NCBI RefSeq assembly: GCF_009914755.1
Contig: NC_060928.1
Length of the DNA stretch: 64,000 bases
Strand: one strand, 5' to 3'
DNA from: the human T2T-CHM13v2.0 reference genome, Homo sapiens
Both the position numbers and the translations under genes were made by a program. Positions 13,321 to 27,000 of the stretch are shown in pieces. Each line of letters begins with the position of its first letter. Positions within the stretch are counted from its first letter, which is position 1. The notes beneath the pieces were generated by a model. That model did no database searches. It was not told the DNA's origin and saw only the letters and a program-made list of their open reading frames with translations.

Positions 13321-14289
13321 GTGCCATGTCACCATAGACAAGAAGTGCAGTCTTTTCAGTGCTCTGTTTCCCTGCCTATAAAAGGGAGATAGGAATATTT
13401 GCCAAACTGACTTTGTAAAATTTGTTGTAAATATCAGCCAAAATGAAATATGAGAATTTTGTAAAGCACAACATGATTTTTGTTGTCATATCTAGTAGGC
13501 ATTTGATAAAACTCTTCGTGGGTAAAGAGAGATGAACAAAAGAATAAGATAACAAAGGTGTAAAAGACGGCCAACTGTGCAGTCTTTCTTTGTCATTCCT
13601 AGAGGGAAAGAACGAGAGGCTCTTGGAAAAGGGCTACACATTTGAGATCACAAGAGAAAAAGCTTTTTTTTTTTTTCAAACAGAGACATAATGAATTTTT
13701 AGAGTACATTTTCAGGGAGGCAGGTAGACAGCATTTAAATGGCTTGACAGAAACACTTTCTTTAAAATGCAGAAGTAAAAAGGTTAACAATTTGAATCTA
13801 TCTTGACATTTCCGAGTGTCAGCCCCAGGGCTATTTTCTTTCTTGCTTAGAATCATCATCTTTCATGTTTGTTTGAGATTGCTATTTCCTGGGCTGGACC
13901 ATCCGCCCCGGAGTGGAGGCTGAGCATGCATGGAAGTGTGGAAGTGGGAACCGTGATTGGGCAGCATCCACACCCTCATGTGCTTTTCTCTCCTCTTCCT
14001 TTCACTTCCTCATCCTGTGTGATTGTGACCTGGTGGCCACACGGACCACTGTGGTCTTGGACTGGAGCCTATCCTTACATGTGCTACAAACATGCCTGCT
14101 ACATGGAGCAGGTCCTGTGCGCCATTGACACCTAGATGGCCCTCCAGGGAGCTTGGAAACCAGCATATCTGGTAACCTTCAGGAATTGGGTTTGTCTTAG
14201 GCAAAACCAGGAAGAAGGCAAAGGTGTTTTTCCCAATTTTGTCTTTAAAAAAACAAAACCAAAAACCCAGGGCAATGCTGTATATCTTC

Positions 14290-14730
14290 CATTGGCTTCT
14301 CCTGACCCCCTCTCCATTCTCTTTTCCCAGTTCTGTGCCCCTGGAGGCTGACTTCTATGGACTACATCAACAGAGCTACCCTGACTCCTGGCTTCTAGTT
14401 GGTCTGCCTAATGGGTCCCTGACAGGAGATAGAAGGGAGAGAGGAGAGTAAGGTTAGAATACTTTAGCCTTGTGCCTTGGGCTGAAGGTCACTACTTCTC
14501 AGGAGGGGGTGATCTCCTTCTTCTGAAGGTTTGGGTGACCACCCCCTCCCTTGATCTCTTTTGGCCTAGGGATGATAAATAATTGTTGCTGCAGTTAGTT
14601 TCATGTTGTTGCACTATCCCTATAGTTCCTATACACCCACACTTTTATGAACTGTCCCTTTGGTAAATAAACAGTTTTCAAATCCTCCCTCCTATAGTTA
14701 AGTGTCCTGTCTGTTTGGGACCCCATTGAA
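14290..14730. mobile_element. LTR33-like ERVL solo LTR
   Basis: ctgtgcccctggaggctgacttctatggactacatcaac...ctggcttctagttgg...caggagat.gaaggg. Confidence 0.6.
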
Positions 14731-15149
14731 TACAGATGCTAGAGTTCCTGGCTGACAAAGCCTGTAAGCACAGCCTGTCCTTGGAGGAACCCCAGCTTTG
14801 AGCTCACGTGAACAGTGTTTGAGTTCAGTTTTGTGACATCCAAGTTTGTAACTGGGCAAACTGCGTAATGTTTCTGGTCCCCAATTATAAAAATAGGATA
14901 TCTCTTTATAGAGTTGTTTTAATGATTATGTAAAATGCTCACAAGTAGAAGAGCCTCAAACAGTGCTGGTTTCCCCTATTTTATCAATGCTCTTTTATCC
15001 AAGACAAAAGGCCAAATGGGATTAGGAAAGAGACAGACAAGCAAGCTGATGAAAAGTCAAGTTAGGCCAATGCCTAAAGATCTCTCAAGCCAGCTGCAGC
15101 AGCCTTTGTTTCTGTCTTTCCAGCAGGCCCCTCTGCAGTTGAGGGACTG

Positions 15150-15310
15150 AGGGTGGGTGTGTTTCTCGTCAGGGTGGGGACACGTTACGTCTGATTGGAG
15201 AAGTCCTTCTCAAACAGCCAATCAGAGCCAAGCTCAGCCACCACTGTTGTCACCCAGGCAGGGAAACGCTAGTCTCCTGGTGCTCAGCACGTGGCAGCCA
15301 TGATTGGCTG
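15150..15310. promoter_or_regulatory. Candidate promoter/enhancer motif cluster (3 CCAAT boxes, E-box, CRE-like)
   Basis: ATTGG 15194-15198, CCAAT 15218-15222, ATTGG 15303-15307, CACGTG 15288-15293, GTTACGTC 15184-15191, GT-boxes. Motif evidence only. Confidence 0.45.
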
Positions 15311-15653
15311 CTATAATGAAAATACCACAGACGAGTGACTTAACCAACAAACCTGAATTGGTCACCATTCTCAAGGCTGTGTTGTCCTAGAGCAAGGCAT
15401 GAGCAAATTTGATGTCTGGTCAGGCTCTGCTTCTTTATTCCTAGAAGGTCGTTTTCTCACTGCTTCCTCACATTGAGGGCAGGGGCCAGGCAGCTCCTTC
15501 AGGCCTCCTTTATAATGGCACCCATCCCATTCATGAGGGCTCTGCCCACATGACCTAATCACCTCCAAAGGCCCCAACTCCTAGCACCATCACTTTGGGG
15601 TGGAGGATTTCAGCATGTGAATTTTGGGGATACACAAACATTCAGTCTATCAC
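15305..15653 (-). mobile_element. MLT1A/A0 solo LTR
   Basis: ggctgctataa..aaaataccacagac...cccattcatgagggctctgccc..atgacctaatcacctcc.aaaggcccc...cacaaacattcagtc. Confidence 0.85.
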
Positions 15654-16105
15654 AGAGGGTGACTGGTTTAGCCAATGGTGATACCGGAGAGTGACTGGGT
15701 TCGAAAATGCCCCTTAGACTTGGAATTGTGTTGAACTTCTCTCAGATGCCACATGTCTGTGGCCATGTTTTGCCTCACAGAAGATTTGCTTTTCATGGTC
15801 ATCAAAAGTCTGCTTTTGAAGAGCAGAACCAAGGGATACTTGGGGTAGGGAGGGCAGCTGTAAGCCGCTTCCCCATAACCTCTATCTGCGACCCCATTCC
15901 AAATCAACACATGATTTAACAAAAAAACTGAACTCTTACACAAATTCGAGCCATATTTTTGTAGTCTCACCTAAGTATGCTGCCCCTAAGTCCTTCCCCC
16001 TGGGAAATTTTGGAGGCCTCCAGGGCTTCTCTCCGCTTTTCCTGAACCATCCCTGAATTCTCATGTCTTATACCAGTGCCCACCTTGAAAGTTCTCTGAG
16101 ATCTC

Positions 16106-16143
16106 CAACTTTCTGAAATAACTGACAACTTTCTGAAATAACT
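16106..16143 (+). repeat. 20-bp period tandem duplication
   Basis: CAACTTTCTGAAATAACT twice, separated by GA. Confidence 0.9.
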
Positions 16144-17756
16144 TATTACTGGATGTCTGATACAGAGCAGATATTTTATTTTCTTTTTTCCTGTAAGCTT
16201 CCAGAAAGCTACATACAACCTGATTCATTTGGAAAGCTGGGGGCCATCTAACCATCTTCTCCTTCCCTCTTTTCTGAATAAGTCTGTCTCAAAAGAATTT
16301 GGAGACACTCCAAAAAATAGTTGTTTTCAATTTTTTTCCCTTCTCAACAAGCATACATTTTTGTTTTGTATAATGATTAGTGTTCACATGTATCAAACGC
16401 TACTAAGTGAATACATAGATTTATCATTTACATTGAATAAATGCATTCTGAGCATCTATGTGCTAGATTCTGTTTTAGGCACTGGGGGATATAGCAGGCA
16501 ACAAGGCAGATAAGGGCCTTGACCTTTAGAAGCTTCTATTCCCAGAGATTAACGATCTCTTCCGCTAGTCAGCAATAAAGCAAAGCAAAGCAAAACAAAA
16601 ACACACAGAAGTACAAAACAGGGTACCTCAGCCTTTTCTTGATGATTGGAGAAGGGACTTCAGTCATTGCAGTTGGTGACAGGACATGCAATAGGAACTT
16701 TGCATGTCCTGCCACCTCCCTAGGTATTTGTCTTTGGTGGTCGAGTGAGCAGAATCTGTTACACAGAAAAATGAGGATGCCCCACTGGTTTATGTTACAG
16801 CCTTATGGCATTTTTTTCTATTCCCTATTTACTTCTTAATACAGCATAATTTATGCACTTTTTTGATCGTGGCCATGCATTCAGCAAATGTCTTTATTGG
16901 GTGGTCCATAACAATGCCTGGATCTGTTTCCTGTGAGGTGGCTATAAATTTAGATTTATTGGTATGAGAGCATTCTGGTCTTCTCTCCAAAGTTCTTCTA
17001 TTGAAATCTGAATGTGAAAGATTAACACATTTAATTAATAGACAAGACTCATTTGTTCCTAAGGCTGACTATTCAAATGGGAGATACTCATTTTATAAGA
17101 TATAATTCTAATTGTGGGCTAGGAATTTTACTGATATTTCTTTATAATGTATATAAGCATGGTATGGCAATTTGAGATGTTATTATTCCTCAAAAGCAAT
17201 TACATATGGAGGTATTTTTGAATGAATCAAATAGTCTCTGACTTTCTCTGCTTTTTGTTTTACACACATTTAACACATGTACATGCCTTAAATTATGACA
17301 CATGTGTACACACACTCATACCCACACATGCACTCACACAATGCTATTGACCCAAATTCGATAGAGTAGGTGATTTTTCCTACCCCTGCTAATAGATTTT
17401 TACTGATTTATCCACATCATTTTTTCTGGTAGCTGTAATCATCTCTTTTTGGAATATCTTTCCATCCTCTGTCTCCTTAGAGATTCTTTCCCTCCTTTAA
17501 AGCTTAGATCAAATCCCACTAGTAAACCCTGCTTTGATTGGCCCACTCTATTTTCTCCCTTGTTTTTGTTCACATGAGATTCACAGTCAATAACATACCA
17601 CCTGAGATGGCAGTTACTATCTAACTGCTTCAGGTGAATTATGTTGTCCCAAAAAGATTAGGAATCCATGAAGAACTCTGATGAGATGGATCTGATAGTG
17701 CCTGGAATAGAGTAGGTCTCCAAAAATTTTAGTTGCTTCCAATATGAAATAGTAAC

Positions 17757-18116
17757 TGTATTATTTCATTTTCCCACTACTACGAAGAACTACCTGAGAC
17801 TGGGTAATTTCTAAAGAAAAGAGGTTTAATTGATTCACAGTTTTGCATGGCTGGGGAGGCCTCAGGAAATTACAGTTGTGGTGGAAGGTGAAAGGGAGGC
17901 AAGGTACGTTTTACGTGACGGCAGGAGAGAGAGGGATGGAGAAAGTGCCACACATTTAAACTATCAGATCTCATGAGAACTCACTCACTATCACGAGAAC
18001 AGCATGGGGGAACTGCCCCCATGATCCGATCACCTCCCACCAGGTCCCTCCCTCAACATGTGGGGATTAAAATTCAAGATGAGATTTGGGTGGGGAGACA
18101 GAGCCAAATCATATCA
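17757..18116 (-). mobile_element. THE1 (C/D-like) solo LTR
   Basis: TG...CA termini, THE1 body, perfect 5-bp TSD GTAAC at 17752-17756 and 18117-18121. Confidence 0.93.
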
Positions 18117-19599
18117 GTAACACTTTTTGTCGTTTTTATAAGCATTGACTAAAATTCTGGGGCTACAACTGATGTCAGTAAATATTTTTGTGGGTGATTC
18201 ATTGCTAATTAAGTAAAGACAATAGCCTGTGATTAAATACTAGACTAAGAAAAATTGCAACATGTTTAGCACAAGGTAATTTTTTTCCTAGAACAGGAAG
18301 TTTTTCACCAACATAGTTTATATGAAACTACATGTGCAGGAGTAGCCTTTGGGGGTGTTTAGAAAAGATTTGTCTCTGAAGACTTCTTAAAAAGCTGGCT
18401 TACAGTCAACATTGCCTCTGGGTTGTCCTCTGCAGGGAGAAGCTGATGAATGCAAAGGGCTGGAGGAAGCAAGGGCTGGAAGCAAGTGAAAGGCGACAGG
18501 ATTCCTCTGTCCTGGTGCAACAAGCCCATTTTTCTCAGTACCTAGAGTGGCGCCTGGCCCTAGTAGGGATGCGATAAATATTTATTAAATTAATATAGAT
18601 ATACTTTACCAAAGCTGATGTCAAGCAAGTTTTGTGATTTCTTAGACTATTGATCATAAATATTTATGCCATACAGTACTTCTGGAGGAAATTACATCTA
18701 CAGAATGTGAAGTCCCAAGACAATCTTTGGATAACCAGTTTTTTGGTTTTGTGTTTTGGTGTTAAGCACTGACATGTTCTATAGATTACTTTACATGGTA
18801 AAATTACAATTTCAATACCAGTTAGGAACTTGAATAAAATGTGCCAGCGTCGGGACCTGTATATTTCTATCAGCTGGTGGATTCCTGTTTATTACTTACA
18901 CAATTTACCGTTTTGTCTAGAGAAAAGGCTTACAATGCAGAGAAGCTTGTAACAGGTGTAGTGTACGTTCTTGTTTTTCCTAGTAGCAGATGGTGCTGAA
19001 AGAAGATCATCTCTGTGGGGCCATTACAGGATAATGCACAGAAATAAATAAGCACAATGATAGGTCTCAGCAAATGCAGCCAGGTCTTGGGGTCGGTCTA
19101 GCATTTGGAAGTGATACATATACACAGAGTGGGTTTATCTATCTGCTCAGCAAGGCCTATTTAAAACTCGATTTCTTTCCTTTTAATTTTCCTCCATATA
19201 AAATCCCCTCCCCTCCCCGGATAAATCAACCAATCTTCTCACTTGAATTATAGGTAGTATATTAAAAAGGATCTAAATAAAGGGAAGTTCTTTCTGACAG
19301 TGCTTTGTACTAAAAGGGAGGAGGTAATTTTCCTTGGAGTTCTTCCCCAGCCCCCAGCAATTTCTGTTTTTATATTAATGGATTTTATGGGACCTTGTCT
19401 TTGATCTTGCCCTCTTAAAAACCAAAGGAGGAATGGAAGGTTAATTCCAGCAATTCTACCCTAGTGTACCTCTGCTATTTTGCATGAAGAACACAAAATG
19501 AATATAATTGAGCCTAGAATTGTACTGAGGATATGATTATTTTCTTCTGTGCTAGGATAATTTTCATCTTTCCTGAAAAAAAAGAACCCCCATGGTTCT

Positions 19600-19715
19600 C
19601 AGTATATATATATTATATGAAAATATTGACTAAATAGTATATATACTGATATATATTATATATATATAAATTCAGTAGATGTACTCATATATTTCTCATA
19701 TTTAAATATATGCTT
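19600..19715. repeat. AT-rich/(TA)n low-complexity tract
   Basis: Degenerate TATATA runs. Confidence 0.7.
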
Positions 19716-21644
19716 AAAAACTTGACAATGCCAGGGCAGTATTTAGCAGGACCTAGGCTCAGCTTCTCTCTCCCCTTGTATAAATTTTATTTCTTATTAT
19801 CCTAGCCTCAGCAGTATTTGAGGAATATTGTTTCCTTGGCCTAATGCAATTTTTTCCACATGATGTATTCTTGGTCTGTCCCTTATCTCCCCTTCACTTG
19901 CTGACACCAGTGTTTAGTCCATTTGGAACTAAAATGCATTGAAAGCAGATACATACTATTTTAACATTTTGCCTGATTCTTTAACGTAGCTGTGTTCATT
20001 AGCAACAAATTCTGTCTAGCAAGTTGGTTAAATGGCCTTCATCCCTTTTAAGAAAAAAAGGCAAGAATTTTGTCAAAGACGTCTTTGCCAAGTGTGGAGC
20101 CTAGATACAAGCTTCTCAAAAATATTAACATTTTCCAAAGCATCTGAGTGTGCATGTGTGTGCATGCACATGTGGCTTTATGTATATAATAATTATTCAC
20201 AACTAGATTTATTTTTCTTATTTCTCAACATCCTAATTATTGACATTTCCTGAAATTTCATTGTGTATCTGAATCTAATACCTATGAAAGTTTTTCATTT
20301 CCTATATTTAAAAAAATTATTGTACTTAATACAAGCATTTAAAATGTAGCTTTTGTGTGGCCAAACTTTACATTAATGTAGGTGTTTGCCCCATGGTTAC
20401 CCTCTGCAGTGCAAACTTCTGTGGGCCCCAGTGGGTTAATTTTTTGATTGCCTGCTCTACCTGCATCCTCGGAACTGAAAGAAGCTTTCGTGCATGAGAA
20501 AGAACAAAAACAGACTGTCTTTGTGATGTCACGTGCATCTGCCTCTAAATTTCAGTATGGAACATAAATGGCAACAAGAATTGAAAGAGAAAACAGAAGA
20601 GAGCTCTCTTAAACTGGGAATATTCCAATTTAAATCTTGAAATTAATTATCTCTTTAGGTTTTGCAATTTCTCAAACACTGGGTGCATGGCATGTATGGG
20701 TGGTGATGGGGTGTGTGGGGCAAAAGAAGATTCATAAGAATTGGCTAAATCTGAAAAAATCCTGTGTCATCTTCCTTCCCCCTACTCCCTCCAATTTGGC
20801 TAAATTGCCAAACAATAATCACTGGAGTATAAACAAAGTTAAGATAATAATTTTTTTTCAAGGACTTGTGTCAAACAGTAAGGAACACACAGAGAAGCAA
20901 AATTATTGTAATGCTGATCATATAGACTAAGCTTATTAAATAAAAACAATACATTCTATAACAGAATCACATAGAAGAAAATCACTGCTTCAGTTGGACA
21001 ACTCAATATGAATTCCTTTTATTGTTTACCATGTCTAATTAGTCTTAGCTCCATTTTATAGGCAATATTTAATTCTTGGTATTTTTAATTTATCTTTTTG
21101 TTAATATTATCATCTTACCTTGAGTACAATTATCTATTCCTGTCTAGTAGGAATAAATTTGCTCAGGGGTGACAACAGCAAGATAAGCATTGCTTAGAAA
21201 CCATAATTTTTCTATTGTATTTGTCTAGTTAATAAAGAGAGGCATTTTATTTTTCCCTGGTGACCACTTGTACTTTGTTCAGTAATTAAGGAAGTAAGTC
21301 AGTGCTCCTAGATTTTCACCTATTCCATAACCTCTGCAGATTTGTCCAGGATGCCAGAGGCAATTGTGTTATGTTGTTGGGTAGTTATGAAAAAGCCTGA
21401 GATGAAACCAGGGAGGGTTCTAATAGTAACACCTTAAACTAGTATCAATAATTTTCTCAGTATCAAATATATCAAATATATTCTGCCTGAGAGTAATCTG
21501 CAGGTTTCTTTTCAGCACTTATGTTTTAGATTTTTCAGAAACATCTCTTCAGCCTCAGTGAAATAAGTTAAAAAATGCATGTCATCCCTGTATATTTTCA
21601 CGATACATTTGCTTATAGGGGAAGCTGCACCTTTGCTGTTAAAT

Positions 21645-21862
21645 GATGGTTTGAATCCTAGCTCTACTAGTAATTAGCTGCATGACCTTAAGCAAGTTAC
21701 TTAACCTTCTTAAGCCCTTGTTTTCTCTTCTATAAATTGATACTAATGACATTACTTACCTCATGGTATTGGGGTGAGGGTTAAATGAGGCAATGCACGT
21801 AAGATACTTTCTATGGTGCTTAACACACAGTAAGTGTTTAATAAGCATTTTAATTATTACCA
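21645..21862 (+). mobile_element. MIR (MIRb-like)
   Basis: ggtttgaatcctagctct.ctagt..ttagctg..tgacctt..gcaagttacttaacct...gtgagg.ttaaatgag. Confidence 0.85.
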
Positions 21863-23448
21863 TTGTTAAAGTGTATTTATATATAGACATATGGACTCTG
21901 CATTGCACTCTGAATTAATGATGCTGATTTTTGCACAAAGTTCATAAATTCATTCTACTTACATTCTTCTCACTCTATCAAAACAAAACAGTTACTAGCA
22001 ATCGTCGTGAAGTGTGCTTTTTTGCCTTGTTTTTGCCTATGTTTGAAGTCTCCACACTGGTGTCCTCCCTTCCTGGAAGCTTCTCCTTACTCCACTCCCT
22101 CCAGCTGGTACCCTTTATTCTGCACAGCACAGAACTCTGAACCCACCTTGGTGAAGGCTCTGTCATTATAAGGACATCGCTGGTTTCCCTGTCTTTCTCT
22201 CCAGACGGTGAACATCATGTCTCGTTAATCTCAGCATTCCTGCTGCTTTGTGCAAATGTGGTTATAGGAAGAGACCAATAAAGGTTTCTTGAACAAATGA
22301 GTGTAAAATACCACTATTTATGTTATGCAAAGACTGATCTTCTTTCAGTGTTGTTGTCCTCTTTTATATTACTTTTAGCTGTAGTTTTGTTTTTTATTCA
22401 AATAATCTTCAGAACTTGTGGCACATCCTTTAAAAATTTTATGTCAAAGTGAAAGGCTTTTACACTGAAAATGACAAAATGTTGCTGAAATTTGAAATGA
22501 AAGAAGACACAATTAAATTGGAAGACATCTTGTGTTCATGGACTGGGAGACTTAATACTGTTAAGATGTTCATACTACCCAAAGCAATCTACAGATTCAA
22601 AGCAATCCTGATCAATACCGCAATGACATTTTTGCAGAAATAGTAAAAGTCATCGTAAAATTTCTATGGAATTTCAATGTACCCTGAATAGCCAAAACAA
22701 TCTTGAAAAAAAGATGAAATTGAAGGTCTCACACTCTGTGAATTCAAAACATTGCAAAGCCACAATAGTAAAGAAAGTGTGGTAGTGGCATAAAGACAAA
22801 TAATCCAATGGAACGGAGTAGAGAGCCCAGAAATAAACCCTCATGTATAAGATTAAAATAATCTTCAATGAGGGTGCTGAGAGCACTCAGTGGGGAAAGC
22901 ACAGTCTCTTCAACAAGTAATGTTGGAAAAACTGGATACCTACATGCCGTACATGTGAAAGAATGATGTTGAATCTTTATCTTATGCCATTTACAAAAAT
23001 TCAATAAAGAATGGATTAAAAACCCAAATGTAAGCTCTAAAACTATGAAACTCCTAGAAGAAAATGTAGGAGTAATTTCACAATATTGGACTTGCGAGTA
23101 ATTTCTTGACTATGACAACAAAGGCACAGGAAACAAAAGCAAAAATAAACAAACGGAATTACATTGAACTTAAAACTTTTGTGCATCAAAGGATACAATA
23201 ACAGAGTAAAGAGGCAACCTACAAAATGGGGGAAATATTTACAAATCATATATGTAATGAGGGGTTAATGTCCGGCATATATAAGAACTTCTACAACTCA
23301 ATAACAACAACAACAAAATATACAATCTAATTTAAAAATGTACAAAGGACTTGAGTGGACATTTCTCCAAAGATAATATACAAATGGCCAATAAGCACAT
23401 GAAAAGATGCTTGACATCACTAATCATCAGAGAAATGCAAATCAAAAC

Positions 23449-23725
<277 letters not shown>

Positions 23726-24010
23726 TCACATCCACTAATTGACTACTGTAAAAAAACAGAAAATATAAAGTGTTAATGAAGATGTGGAGACATTGGAACC
23801 ATTGTAGACTGTTGGTAGGATTGCAAAATGGTGCAAACATTAGGGAAAATAGTATGAAGTTTCCTCAAAAAATTAAATTACCTTATGATCCAGCAATCCC
23901 ACTTCTGTGTATCTCTCTAAAGGATATAAAATCAGTATGTTAAGAGATATCTGCATTCCCGTGTTCATTGTAGCATTATTTAAAATAGCCAAGAAGTGGA
24001 AGCAACTCTT

Positions 24011-27000
24011 TTTTTTCAGTTCTGTCATATATATGTATTTTTTCTTTCCAATTTTTGTTTCAAGTTTGAGGAGTACATATGCAGGTTTGTTATGAGTAAA
24101 TTGCATGTCACAGGGGTTTGGGGTACAGATTATTTTGTCACTCAGGTAATAAGCATAGTACCTAATAGGTACAATCCTCACTCTCCTCCTACTCTCCACC
24201 ATCAAGTAGGCTCCAGTGTCTATTGTTTCCTTCTTTGTGTCCGTGTTTAGCTCCCACTTATAAGTGAGAATATGCATTATTCGGTTTTTCTGTTCATGTG
24301 TTAATTCACTTAGCATAATGGCCTCCAGCTGCATCCATGTTGCTGCAAAGGACATAATTTTGTGCTTTTTAATGGCTGTTTAGTATTTCATGGTGTATAT
24401 GTACCACATTTTCTATATCTAGTCCATTGTTAATGGGCATTTAGGTTGGTTCCATGTTTTTGTTATTGTGCTGCAATGAACATACAAGTGCGTATGTCTT
24501 TATGGTAGAAAGACTTACATTCCTTTGGTTATGTACCCAGTAATAACATTGCTGGGTCAAATGGCAGTTTGTTTTAAGTTCTTCGAGAAATTTACAAACT
24601 GCTTTCCACAGTGAACTGAACTAGTTTACATTCCAACCAACAGTGTATAAGCATTCCCTTTTATCTGCATTCTCACTAGCATCTATTATTTTTGACTTTT
24701 TAATAGTAACCATTCTGACTTGTGTGATTTGCATTTTTCTAATGACTAGTGATGTTGAGCAATTTTTCATATGCTTGCTGGCTGCATGTATGTCTTTTTT
24801 TGAGAAGTATCTGCTTGTGTTCTTTGCCCACTTTTAAATGAAGTTGTTTCTTGCTTATTAATGTATTATTAAGTTTCTTATAGTTTCTGGATATCGGACC
24901 ATTGTCAGATGCATGGTTTGCAAAAATTTTCTCCCATTCTGTAGGTTGTCTGTTTATTCTGTTGATAATTTCTTTGCTGTGCAGGAGCTCTTCGATTTAA
25001 TTAGATCCCATTTGTCAATGTTCGTTTTTGTTGCGATTGCTTTTGGAGTCGTCATGAAATTTTTGCTAAGACCTATGTCCAAAATGGTATTTCCTAGCTT
25101 TTTCTAGGTTTGTTTTTTATAGTTTTAGGTTTTACATTGAAGAGTTTAATGCATCTTGAATTGATTTTTGTATATGATGTAAGGAAGGGGTCCAGTTTCA
25201 ATCTTTTTCATGTGACTAGCCAGTAATCCCATCATCATTTATTAAATAGGGAGTCCTTTCCTGGTTGCTTCTTTTTGTTAGCTTTGTTGAAGATCAAATG
25301 GTTGTAAATGTTCAGACTTATTTCTGGGTTCTCTATTGTGTTCCATTGATCTATGTGTCTGTTTTTGTACAAGTATCATGCTGTTTTGGTTACTGTAGCC
25401 TTTGAGTGTACTTTGAAATAGGGTAGTGTGTTGCCTCTGGCTTTGTTCTTTTTGCTTAGGATTGTTTTGGCTATTCAGGCTCTTTCTTGTTTTTGGTTCC
25501 ATATGAATTTTAAAATCGTGTTTTTCTAATTCTGTGAAAAAGTCATTGGTAGTTTGATAGGAATAGCACTGAATCTGTAAATTGCTTTGGGCAGTATAGC
25601 CATTTTAACAATATGATTCTTCCTATCCATGAGAGTGGACTGTTTTTTATTTGTTTGTGTCATCTCTCATTTTCTTCAGCAGTGTTTTGTAATTCTTGTT
25701 GTAGAGATCTTTCAACTCCCTGGTTAGCTGTATTCCTAGGTATTTTTTGTGTAGCTATGATGAATGGGATTGTGTTCTTGATTTGGCTCTAAGCTTGGAT
25801 GTTGTTGGTGTATAGAATTGCTACTAATTTTTGTACATTGATTTTGCATCCTCAAACCTTGCTTAAGTTGTTTATCAGATCCAGGAGCTTTTTGGCATAG
25901 ACCATGGGGTTATCTAGATATAAAATCATATTGTCTACAAAGCAAGGTAGTTTGACTTCCTCTTTCTTTTAGATGTCTTTTATTTCTTTCTTTTGCCTGA
26001 TTGCTCTTACTAGGACTTTCAGTACTATTTTGAATAGAAGTGGTGAAAGTGGGCATGCTTGTCTGGTTCCAGTTCTCAAGGGGGAATTCTAGCTTTTGCC
26101 CATTCAGTATGATGTTGGCTGTGAGTTTGTTATAGATGGCTCTTATTATTTTGAGGTATTTTCCTTCAATGTTTAGTTTGTTGAGGTTTTTAACATGAAA
26201 GGATGTTGAATTTTATTGAAAGCGTTTTCTGCATTTATTGATATGATCATGTGGTTTTTGTTTTTAGTTCTTTTTGTGTGATGAATCACATTTATTGATT
26301 CGTGTATGTTGAACCAACCTTGCAACCCAGAAATAAAGTGTACTTGATCTTGGTGGATTAACTTTTTGATGTGCTGCTGGATTTGGTTTGCTAGTATTTT
26401 GTTGACGATTTTTGCATCTATGTTCTTCAGGCATATTGGCCTGACGTTTCCTATTTTTTGTCTTTGCCAAGTTTCAGTATCAGAATGATGCCGGCTTCCT
26501 AGGATGAGTTAGAGAGACATGTCTCTCCTCAGTTTTTTGGAATAGTTTCAGTAGGCTTGGTACCTGCTCCTTTTTATACAACTGGTAGAATTTGGCTATG
26601 AATCCATGTGGTCCAGTGCTTTTTCTGATTGGTAGGTTTTCTTTGTTATTACTGATTCAGTGTTGACACTTATTATTGGTTTTTCAGGTTTCAATTTCTT
26701 CCTGATTTAATATTGGGAGGTTGTATGTTTCCAGGAATTTATCCATTTCTTCTAGGTTTTCTAGTTTGTGTGCATGGAAGTGTTCATAATAGTCTCTGAG
26801 CCTTTTTGTTTCTCTGTGGGGTCATTATTAATTTTCACTTTGTCATTTCTGATTGTGTCTATGTGTGTCTTTTTTTCTTTATTAGTCTAGCTAGTGGTCT
26901 GTGGATCTCATATATTCTTTCAATGCACCAACTTTTGGTTTTATTGATCTTTTGTATGGTTATTCACATCTCAATTTCATTCAGTTCAGGTCTCATTTTG

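Noticed and set aside
15290-15307. ER stress element (ERSE)
   Set aside because: Spacer is 8 nt, and the canonical ERSE needs 9.
16106-16143. Short direct repeats as CRISPR-like arrays (also 51177-51214)
   Set aside because: Only two adjacent units, no spacers, eukaryotic context.
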